From a virus (taxonomy: Duplodnaviria; Caudoviricetes): a stretch of DNA of 28,261 bases. The notes beneath the pieces are model-generated. The model saw only the letters and a list, made by a program, of their open reading frames with translations, did not search any database and was not told the DNA's origin. Position 1 is the stretch's first letter; each line of letters opens with the position of its first letter. The translations under genes and the position numbers were made by a program. The stretch spans positions 1-28,261 of the IMG/VR virus record IMGVR_UViG_3300032225_000339. One strand, 5' to 3'. Shown here piece after piece: positions 8,455 to 15,295 of this stretch.

Positions 8455-9975
8455 TTAGTATCCACAAGTTACAGAGCGTCCTTCAAACGCCCCATTGTTT
8501 TCGGCCTTATAAGCTTCGTACTCTTCGTCTTCAAGTTCTTTTTCAGTAGGAGCTTCCCACATCCTATCAAGCATTAAGCCCAAGTAAGCCCAAGCATCTA
8601 CTTGGTCATCATGCCTGTCTCTAGGAAAACGTAAAAGCTCATCTTCAAAATCCTGATACCACTCAGTGTCTTTATCAAACCGGCAAGCTCCACTTCTCAT
8701 ACGAGCTTGAATACTTCTAGCACGGGTAAGTTTATCGCCGCTTGGTTTTAACAATACAGTGTTGATAAACTCTCCGCGTTTAAGCATCTCCTCATTGAGA
8801 TACGGACCAATAGCCTTTTGAATAGTACCTTGCTCAAGTCCAAAGAGTACGGGCTTATAAATCTTTTGTAGCATCAGGATTGTATCCACAATTTCTAATG
8901 CGTCCATACGTTGTTTAACAACGTGTACTCCGTACAGTTTTCCGTCTTCATCCATACCGCCAATTACAAAAGCAGAATAGTCTGCCCGTTGACTTTGAGA
9001 TACAGCTAAGTCACAAGCTGCATAGTAAATCAATTTTTTCTTTTTGTCTTCAGGCTTCATGGGCACAAAATCTGACTTCTTAAAGAAAGTGTCTGTTATG
9101 TCCATAGGAATGTTTAACATCTCTTGGGAGTAAACATCAGCTAAACCTTGACGAACAAAGTCGTCTTTCATCATCCTAAACTCTTCAGCAGACTTCATTT
9201 CAGGCCACAAAAGAGCTTTAAAGTCATCTGTATGAGCACGGTACTTAATTGATTTCCAAGGCAAAAGATTAAAAGAATATTCTTTTAAATCTTCTTGTAT
9301 AAGACTTTTAACACCTCTATGGCTACTAAGTAAAGAAGCTGGCATTAAATTCTGAAGCAAACTATCTAGGTGAAGAATAGTTCCAACTATACGAATCTTG
9401 CCTGAAGAAGATACACAAGGAATTAAAGCACCATAAAACCAACGTTTAAATTTCATGCGTCGGTCTTTGTTCATAACAATCTCGTCATTCTCCATATCAT
9501 CCCCAATGACTAGATCAGGACGAAGGTTAGCCCACTTCAAACCCCGTAGCTTCTGTTCAGAACCTTTAGCTTGGATACGGAAGGTATGCCCATCTTCCAT
9601 TTCAACTATTAAGTCATCCTCAGTGTCTTTGGGGAATGGCCCAGATTTAATACCAAACAAAGAACGCAGATCATCGTTGTCTAGTAATTCTTTTTTAATG
9701 TCCCCAAGAAACTGGACTGCTTGTGTAACGGTATCTGAAACAATTAAAACGTACCTAGACTCCCGAAACAATACTGAAGCAAGTGTGTAAGCGTGAGTAA
9801 CAGCCGTACTTTTAGCGTGATACCGAGGAGCAGCTATAGCCACTTGTTTACTGTTACTAGTAACAAGTTCCCAAATCTCTTTATGAAACTGGGGAGTAGG
9901 AGCAGGCTTGTCAAAGTTCTTTCTAAGAACTGAATTAACAAACCCTTCCATGACCTCGGCATTAAGCTTGGTCAA
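8455..9975 (-). CDS. terL: Terminase large subunit
   Basis: Walker A APRYHAKST, Walker B LVIGDD, RNase H-fold nuclease motifs DLA and HDDQVDA. Confidence 0.93.
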   Translation of the reverse strand: MTKLNAEVMEGFVNSVLRKNFDKPAPTPQFHKEIWELVTSNSKQVAIAAPRYHAKSTAVTHAYTLASVLFRESRYVLIVSDTVTQAVQFLGDIKKELLDNDDLRSLFGIKSGPFPKDTEDDLIVEMEDGHTFRIQAKGSEQKLRGLKWANLRPDLVIGDDMENDEIVMNKDRRMKFKRWFYGALIPCVSSSGKIRIVGTILHLDSLLQNLMPASLLSSHRGVKSLIQEDLKEYSFNLLPWKSIKYRAHTDDFKALLWPEMKSAEEFRMMKDDFVRQGLADVYSQEMLNIPMDITDTFFKKSDFVPMKPEDKKKKLIYYAACDLAVSQSQRADYSAFVIGGMDEDGKLYGVHVVKQRMDALEIVDTILMLQKIYKPVLFGLEQGTIQKAIGPYLNEEMLKRGEFINTVLLKPSGDKLTRARSIQARMRSGACRFDKDTEWYQDFEDELLRFPRDRHDDQVDAWAYLGLMLDRMWEAPTEKELEDEEYEAYKAENNGAFEGRSVTCGY

Positions 9976-10480
9976 TTACATGTCCTTCTACGTTAATAGT
10001 CTTCATAGAAGCAAACCTAGCAAACTCTTCAGACAACCGTAGCAAACGATCATCAATAGTTTTCTCTAGTTCTTCTTTGATAGGAGCTTCTCGTAGTCGT
10101 TCTTGTTTAGCAAGCAGATCAGTTGTAATCTTAAGAGCTACGTGTGCCTTAACTGGCACTCTAGTAATCTCTCCAGTCTTTTGATCAAACTGAGCATCAC
10201 CTAGGTCTAACCTGTCTTCTACAGCCTTAAGAGCTTTGTCTACAACCCTTTTGAGGTTGGAGTCCATCTGCTGTACATCTTCAGTTTGTAGCTGAAGTGC
10301 AAACTCTTTAAACCAATCAGAGGTCTTCCAGATCTTTAGAGTAGGTAAGGGTATACCCGTAACAATAGCTGTTTCTGACAAGTTGCCTAGCATCAGGTAA
10401 GTACTGACAGCTTGCAGCTTTTGATTCTGAGTCCAGTGGGACTTCTTGTATCTACGGTCTGTAGATGACTTTCTTTTCAT
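9962..10480 (-). CDS. terS: Terminase small subunit (putative)
   Basis: N-terminal HTH (LSETAIVTGIPLPTLKIWK), helical middle, overlaps the terL start. Confidence 0.7.
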   Translation of the reverse strand: MKRKSSTDRRYKKSHWTQNQKLQAVSTYLMLGNLSETAIVTGIPLPTLKIWKTSDWFKEFALQLQTEDVQQMDSNLKRVVDKALKAVEDRLDLGDAQFDQKTGEITRVPVKAHVALKITTDLLAKQERLREAPIKEELEKTIDDRLLRLSEEFARFASMKTINVEGHVIDQA

Positions 10481-10481
10481 T

Positions 10482-10736
10482 TCAACACTTCCACTTTTTA
10501 AGTGCTTTGTTAATCCTGGAGTTAGGATCTTTAGCTTTAGCTGTACCCGTAAGCTTCTTCTTCATTCCACCCATGCGGGCACAAAATGAATTTTTACGAG
10601 AACCACCTTCAGGTTGAGGAGGCTTAAGGTTGTGTCCCTCTTTCTTAGCTGAAGCTCTACCTTTGGCATTAAGGCCCCCAGAAGGGGACTTACCTTCTTT
10701 ACGTTGCCATGCAGGAGATTTTTTACCTGTAGCCAT
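10482..10736 (-). CDS. Small Lys-rich phage protein (recalled as DUF6321-like, unverified)
   Basis: SPAWQRKEGK..GGLNAKGRAS, SFCARMGG, INKALKKWKC motifs. Confidence 0.7.
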   Translation of the reverse strand: MATGKKSPAWQRKEGKSPSGGLNAKGRASAKKEGHNLKPPQPEGGSRKNSFCARMGGMKKKLTGTAKAKDPNSRINKALKKWKC

Positions 10737-10748
10737 AATGCACCACTC

Positions 10749-10871
10749 TTATTTGTAGCTAGACTTCTTCTTAGCCATCTTTTCTTTCATCATTTCTTTT
10801 TTTTCTTTAGCCTTGTCAACCATCTTAGACATAGCTTCTTTTTTAGCTGGCATTGGTTTTTTCTTCATCAT
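10749..10871 (-). CDS. 40-aa Lys/Met-rich peptide
   Basis: Hand-translated MMKKKPMPAKKEAMSKMVDKAKEKKEMMKEKMAKKKSSYK; AAGGA RBS; first ORF after the late promoter. Confidence 0.65.
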   Translation of the reverse strand: MMKKKPMPAKKEAMSKMVDKAKEKKEMMKEKMAKKKSSYK

Positions 10872-10919
10872 GATTTTGTCCTTTAAGTAAAACAAGTTGA
10901 CGACAAGGTTGTCGGGGCG

Positions 10920-10949
10920 ACTATATCATCCTTTTACAAGTTGTGTAAG
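10920..10949 (-). promoter_or_regulatory. Putative late-operon promoter (extended -10)
   Basis: Minus strand TGaTATAGT (10920-10928) with TTACAC 17 nt upstream of the -10 hexamer. Confidence 0.55.
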
Positions 10950-10976
10950 TGTTGCTTAAATACAACACTACTGATG

Positions 10977-11007
10977 TTGACATGAGTTCTAGATCTGGGT
11001 GTACAAT
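10977..11007 (+). promoter_or_regulatory. Sigma70-like promoter with 19-nt spacer
   Basis: TTGACA (10977-10982), 19 nt, TACAAT (11002-11007). Confidence 0.5.
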
Positions 11008-11072
11008 CTTTATATTCTTTTTCTTTTTACCGTTTTTCTTTTTCTGGTCAGATATAGAGTGTTGTTAGTAGT

Positions 11073-11094
11073 AGGGCCGTAAGGCCCTTTTTTT
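11073..11094 (+). terminator. Rho-independent terminator
   Basis: AGGGCC-GTAA-GGCCCT followed by a T run. Confidence 0.8.
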
Positions 11095-11235
11095 ATGTCT
11101 GTCTCCTACACTCTGTTTGAGGTCATATGCGAGTCCTGTAAGGACGAGCATCAACCTAGATCTATCCCCCCCTTGTTTTAAAAAGTTGTGGCAGCGTTAT
11201 AAGTTGCTAGATGTAATAAATTAAAACAAAAACAT

Positions 11236-11450
11236 TTCCCCCCCTCTACCCCTACTACTACAGGAACATATAGGGTAAACCACTAGAACTACTACCTACT
11301 ACCTCCTGCTACTAGTAACACCTATATAGGGATATGTGTCAATACACAGGTGTATGTTTCACTATAAAAGTGTTGGTATATAGCAACACTATATACATCA
11401 ACAACTTAGCCCCCACTGATCATAGATGTATAGCCCACTGATCTATCCAT
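11236..11450. repeat. C-runs, CTA(C) short repeats, palindromes and a CCCACTGATC direct repeat; candidate genome-end region
   Basis: CTACTAC-type units 11245-11315; CCTATATAGG 11321-11330; AGTGTTG/CAACACT 11369-11390; CCCACTGATC at 11412 and 11434. Confidence 0.5.
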
Positions 11451-11628
11451 TGTTTGATGTGTCTGTAAGCCTCTAAATAGCCCATATCTGCTCTCGTTTG
11501 ATATAGGTTAATACCCGCACCTAGCTCTCGCTACATCGTGGCTCTAAGACGAGCTGGCTGACCTCCCTGATCTCCACCTGCTGACATGGTTTGAGAATAC
11601 CTGCTGGAGGGTCTCGTCGTCCCCAGTC

Positions 11629-11986
11629 ATCGGGGTTGTTGCGTTATCTCTCCCCCGTCACGTCGGGGCAGTCCGCGTGCGGCCTGCACTCCGTCGGGGG
11701 CTTGTTCAGCATTGTGTGCCCGATGCCTGTCGTCCTCCTCCTCGGGCTACGTGACAAGACTAGGGTATCGCAGTACTCCATTGTAAAGACTGATTGTTGT
11801 GTCGTCGCTAGCTACTGAGTAGCTGTCATCTGCTACTGCTTTAACCCTGTTGTCGCTCGACATAACCCGTCGGCGACCCACAAAATCACAGCCTACGGCT
11901 GCTCCGGTCTTGACAATGAAGCCTCCCAGCGATTCCCTTGCTATGTCACGCAGCGCACAGTGTGTTGCGGACGAAACAACCTCGAT
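11629..11986 (+). ncRNA. Large structured leader/ncRNA candidate 1
   Basis: 12-bp closing stem 11629-11640/11975-11986; ~45-nt imperfect inverted repeat 11747-11790/11907-11953; several internal hairpins. Confidence 0.6.
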
Positions 11987-11997
11987 AAGGAACTACC

Positions 11998-12324
11998 ATG
12001 AACAACCTTTGCTTCCATTCCATTCTCGCTTCCAACCAAGAAGTTGACTTCTTCACAGACATACTTCTCGACACCGGCATAGCTGGTGAGTTAGAGCACA
12101 GCTTGCTCGCAGAGCTAGAAGTCATTCCCGAACAAGCTATTTTTGATGAACAAGCAGAAGCTATAGTGGAACAATGGGACATCGAAATAGCTATTGAAGT
12201 GGAAGAAATAGAAAAGCTTGATCTTCCAAAAGATATGCTTACTTATGAATTTCACTACACTTGCGACATGAAAAACGAAATGTTACACATGGCTCAACAA
12301 GCAGCTCGTGGTATTGAATATTGA
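11998..12324 (+). CDS. Highly acidic first early protein (DNA-mimic candidate)
   Basis: 108 aa with 25 D/E and 4 K/R; AAGGA RBS. Confidence 0.8.
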   Translation: MNNLCFHSILASNQEVDFFTDILLDTGIAGELEHSLLAELEVIPEQAIFDEQAEAIVEQWDIEIAIEVEEIEKLDLPKDMLTYEFHYTCDMKNEMLHMAQQAARGIEY

Positions 12325-12499
12325 TCTACAAGGTGGTTGGTATGCAAATACCAACTACCTTTTTTTCTACTTCGCTGGTGTTACTAGGAACAGACGTTTC
12401 ACGACAGATTGGTATGCGGAGTACCACTCCTTTGTCGAACGTCTGATTGCTTACGGTCTGTGGTACTGCTTTATCTGGGCTAGGTCTATGACAGGTTGA
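12308..12499 (+). CDS. Aromatic-rich hypothetical protein
   Basis: 63-aa ORF overlapping the upstream stop; start uncertain. Confidence 0.4.
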   Translation: MVLNIDLQGGWYANTNYLFFYFAGVTRNRRFTTDWYAEYHSFVERLIAYGLWYCFIWARSMTG

Positions 12500-12596
12500 G
12501 GCATACGACCTCTATTGCGAGGACGTACCTCTCCGGTGACCTCTGTGGTGTGAGTAGCACTGTTCCAAGAATCCTAGACCTTCGGCCTGCGAGTCA

Positions 12597-12901
12597 TTGG
12601 TTGATGTTGATCTAGTTGTTTATGCTGAGTCATGTAGCTTTCCTATTCGTTACGGCGCTAGTTGTGTAGTTGCGTGGCGTGTGGGCGTTGGCGTCCTGTC
12701 GCGCCAGTCGCGGCGGCGCAAGCGCCTTGCTTTGTGTCACGCCCTGCCGCTGGGGGTGGCGGGTCTGCTCCGAGCGCCTCCACTTTTCTTGGTTGGCTCA
12801 GAGGAACGCGCCCCCCGCTGCGCTATGAGGGGGGCGGTTCCCCCTCGCTTAATCAACCAAGTAAGGAAAGCATCATGTCTCAAAACAACTTCGATTTCAA
12901 C
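12597..12901 (+). promoter_or_regulatory. Structured leader 2 with an antisense arm covering the RBS and start codon
   Basis: 12606-12644 is imperfectly complementary to 12864-12901; GC-rich hairpins in between. Confidence 0.55.
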
Positions 12902-13102
12902 GGTTTCAACGCAATGACGGAACGCAAGCCAGCAGGTCTTCAGATTTTCTTGGCTCAACAGTTGCTCTCAAACGCACTGTGGTCTATGGAGAAGTACGAT
13001 AACCCTCGTCAAGTCGAGGTTCGTGACGCTCTCAACGCTATCAAGACTCTTCGCTCTCAGATGAAAGCTGACGCAGCAGCCCGTGAAGCTGCTCAGCCTT
13101 AA
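12875..13102 (+). CDS. Early hypothetical protein (75 aa, helical)
   Basis: Start reassigned to MSQNNF with AAGGA RBS; followed by a terminator. Confidence 0.8.
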   Translation: MSQNNFDFNGFNAMTERKPAGLQIFLAQQLLSNALWSMEKYDNPRQVEVRDALNAIKTLRSQMKADAAAREAAQP

Positions 13103-13109
13103 TCTTCCC

Positions 13110-13143
13110 AAGGTAGTGGTTAACTCCACTACCTTTTCTTTGT
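13110..13143 (+). terminator. Rho-independent terminator
   Basis: AAGGTAGTGG-TTAACT-CCACTACCTT followed by a T-rich tract. Confidence 0.8.
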
Positions 13144-13161
13144 TCAACTTAGGAGATTATC

Positions 13162-13314
13162 ATGGATGATTTTGATATCACTAATGACGTATATCACAAA
13201 CGTAAACGTAGTATGTACGAATCTATCCTGGCATTAACTGGAGACATACTCGGAGCAAGCTTATTGATACTCGCTATTGGTATACCTTTTGCTATTTATT
13301 TCTGGAGAATGTAA
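13162..13314 (+). CDS. 50-aa single-pass membrane peptide
   Basis: Hand-translated MDDFDITNDVYHKRKRSMYESILALTGDILGASLLILAIGIPFAIYFWRM; AGGAG RBS. Confidence 0.75.
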   Translation: MDDFDITNDVYHKRKRSMYESILALTGDILGASLLILAIGIPFAIYFWRM

Positions 13315-13315
13315 T

Positions 13316-13600
13316 ATGTTCCACATAATATATCTTAACAATAACGCAGTATTGCGTCCTGCTAATCACGGTGTCAATAACAGCGAATGGGAACACGGAT
13401 GCAGGACTGTTCTTATTGCTGAAAAAACTTCCTATTCTGCTCAACGTTATGCAGAGTGTCTTGGCTTTGAACTACTTGACAAAGAAGAATGGAGCGAGTT
13501 CATAAGCTCACGAGATGATCCTACTGTTACTAGTAACGACCGTTACATCAACTCTCGTCCACGACCTGACAAATGGGACAACAGTCGGGAGATTTATTAG
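13316..13600 (+). CDS. Early hypothetical protein
   Basis: Start reassigned to MFHIIY (GGAG RBS, 1 nt after the upstream stop). Confidence 0.7.
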   Translation: MFHIIYLNNNAVLRPANHGVNNSEWEHGCRTVLIAEKTSYSAQRYAECLGFELLDKEEWSEFISSRDDPTVTSNDRYINSRPRPDKWDNSREIY

Positions 13601-13740
13601 TGTCTCACATAATCACTTTTATGAGACACATCGGAATGGTTGCTACGCTGTTCTGTGTAGTTGGCTACTTGTGGGCATCAACACCACCTGTAGCCATTAA
13701 AACTTGCAAACCAACTCTTATTGACAAGGTGTTCTTATGA
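13600..13740 (+). CDS. Small hydrophobic peptide
   Basis: GTG at 13600 (or ATG at 13621) ...MRHIGMVATLFCVVGYLWASTPP...; stop/start overlaps with both neighbours. Confidence 0.5.
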   Translation: MSHIITFMRHIGMVATLFCVVGYLWASTPPVAIKTCKPTLIDKVFL

Positions 13741-13952
13741 ACGAAAAGTACCTTCCTATTTGTACCTGCTGCTACGCAGTACGTGTTGAACCTCAACGAG
13801 CTAGGATAACTTGTCCTACTTGCATGGAGTGTGGGGAGATGTTGGCACAACGTGTCAAGCACACCATAGCACCAATGAATAAGAGCAACTACATGCTCTT
13901 CACAGATCCAGAGATGCTCAAGCAACTCAATCCCAAACGCACATCGTCCTAA
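13737..13952 (+). CDS. Small Cys-rich zinc-finger protein
   Basis: CTCC and CPTCMEC clusters, then IAPMNKSNY. Confidence 0.75.
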   Translation: MNEKYLPICTCCYAVRVEPQRARITCPTCMECGEMLAQRVKHTIAPMNKSNYMLFTDPEMLKQLNPKRTSS

Positions 13953-13960
13953 TGACGCTC

Positions 13961-14082
13961 AGCCCTAGCACCCCGAGATGCCAACCGCCAAGCGGTTTGG
14001 CATACGGGCTGCGGTGGGCTTCGCTTAAATAATGTTCCGGGCTTGCTCCCGGCCCTTACGGGGGGCCGTGAGGCTTCGCCCT
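13961..14082. other. GC-rich double-hairpin element (structured element 3)
   Basis: AGCCC/GGGCT, ATGCCA/TGGCAT, ACCGC/GCGGT nested stems; second hairpin CGGCCC/GGGCCG. Confidence 0.6.
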
Positions 14083-14118
14083 CTGTTGTTTTTTAACCAC
14101 ACATAGGAGATACCTATC

Positions 14119-14280
14119 ATGACCTTGTTTTACATAGAATCAAATGACTACGATGACGTACTTGTAGAGCTAAATCCAGAGGATACTAGAGACCTTTTCG
14201 ACGACGACAACAACAACGTCAAGCAACAAACTGGAGACACTGCTGAGTACTACAACTGGCTGCTCCATCATCCCAAGTAA
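14119..14280 (+). CDS. 53-aa acidic peptide
   Basis: Hand-translated MTLFYIESNDYDDVLVELNPEDTRDLFDDD...; 13 D/E versus 3 K/R; AGGAG RBS. Confidence 0.7.
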   Translation: MTLFYIESNDYDDVLVELNPEDTRDLFDDDNNNVKQQTGDTAEYYNWLLHHPK

Positions 14281-14289
14281 CACAACACT

Positions 14290-14315
14290 ATAGACCATTC
14301 ACACGAGTGGTCTAT
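14290..14315 (+). promoter_or_regulatory. RNase III-like processing stem
   Basis: ATAGACCATTC-ACAC-GAGTGGTCTAT, 11 bp with one T-G pair, intergenic, no U tract. Confidence 0.55.
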
Positions 14316-14349
14316 GTTGGCAATGTTGCCTACACTGTGGAGATAAATT

Positions 14350-14778
14350 ATGGGCTTAGATATGTACCTCAATGCAAAACGCTACTTGTGGGACGAATCA
14401 GACAGGCAAAAAGCTATCGGTGAATGCTTTCCTGAAATTAACGTCAAAATTAAACAAGTAGTAGCTGAAGCTGCATATTGGCGCAAAGCCAATGCCATCC
14501 ACGGATGGTTTGTAGACAACGTTCAAAATAAAAATGACGATTGTGGTGAGTATCACGTAACTAGAACACAACTTAAAAATCTTGTTGATTTGTGCAAAGA
14601 AGTTCTTAGTAACAAAAACAAAGCTCTTGAACTGTTAGCTCCAACCCAAGGGTTTTTCTTTGGAGCTTATGAGATTGATGATTGGTATATGCACAATTTG
14701 CAACTTACTGTAGACCAACTTGAAGAGTGTTTAACGTGGCCTGATGATTGGGACTTTACTTATTTAGCTTCTTGGTAA
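14350..14778 (+). CDS. Conserved phage hypothetical protein
   Basis: MGLDMYL...YWRKANAIHGWFV...GFFFG...Y.ASW, a recurrent phage family of unknown function. Confidence 0.85.
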   Translation: MGLDMYLNAKRYLWDESDRQKAIGECFPEINVKIKQVVAEAAYWRKANAIHGWFVDNVQNKNDDCGEYHVTRTQLKNLVDLCKEVLSNKNKALELLAPTQGFFFGAYEIDDWYMHNLQLTVDQLEECLTWPDDWDFTYLASW

Positions 14779-14784
14779 ATCTCT

Positions 14785-14817
14785 TTAATAGGGTTCTATG
14801 TTATAGAGCCCTATTGA
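14785..14817 (+). promoter_or_regulatory. RNase III-like processing stem
   Basis: AATAGGGTTCTAT-GTT-ATAGAGCCCTATT intergenic hairpin. Confidence 0.55.
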
Positions 14818-14845
14818 GGCAATTTTGCCTTTTTCGGAGTTAGTT

Positions 14846-15295
14846 ATGGATACACCAGTCTTATCGACTTTGTATGCTGCTGCTACTGAGTCATTGGTTT
14901 CAGACGCTAGTGCAACTAGTACGTTTGAGAAGATGATTGCGGAAGCATTTACGCATGGAACACTGGAGACTTTCACTAAAGATCTGCTTGACACTGAAAA
15001 ACAGATCAAAAAAGACTTTGAAGTCAAGTCTATGCCTAGCCCTTGGAGGTCTGCTAAATCAGTGCTTACAAGTGCTATGAAGCTTAACATCAAGCTTATA
15101 GATAGCAATGGGACCTACTTTGGTAAAACTGCACTGCAAAACAAAATCAAGGAATGCAAGGCTGATGTTAAAGAACCTATTACTTCTGAGGAGTATGCAA
15201 ACAAAATCATCAAACTTCTTATGGACATTCCAGGTGGTTTAGATAATGATGAAATTATCAAATCTGTTCGTGAATTTCTTAACACCGTTGACTAA
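14846..15295 (+). CDS. Hypothetical helical protein coupled to the VWA gene
   Basis: Start reassigned to MDTP (GGAG RBS); TAATG overlap with the next gene. Confidence 0.75.
   Translation: MDTPVLSTLYAAATESLVSDASATSTFEKMIAEAFTHGTLETFTKDLLDTEKQIKKDFEVKSMPSPWRSAKSVLTSAMKLNIKLIDSNGTYFGKTALQNKIKECKADVKEPITSEEYANKIIKLLMDIPGGLDNDEIIKSVREFLNTVD

Noticed and set aside
58-10886. Plus-strand ORFs across the structural arm
   Set aside because: Antisense shadows of well-supported minus-strand genes
11125-11151. Hammerhead ribozyme (GAGTCC-loop-GGACGA resembles stem II)
   Set aside because: The core CTGANGA and GAAA are missing (TATGCGA and GAGC instead)
11236-11450. CRISPR array
   Set aside because: The repeats are 3-10 nt and irregular, with no repeat-spacer periodicity
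11945-11980. Hammerhead ribozyme at GGACGAAAC
   Set aside because: No upstream CTGANGA; AACAAC is better explained by the 12-bp closing stem
11591-12047. ORFs 11591-11818 and 11850-12047
   Set aside because: TTG starts without an RBS and atypical composition; better explained as open frames in GC-rich structured non-coding DNA
12597-12958. ORFs 12597-12917 and 12737-12958, and the long N-terminus of 12662-13102
   Set aside because: They span the GC-rich leader; the RBS supports the ATG at 12875
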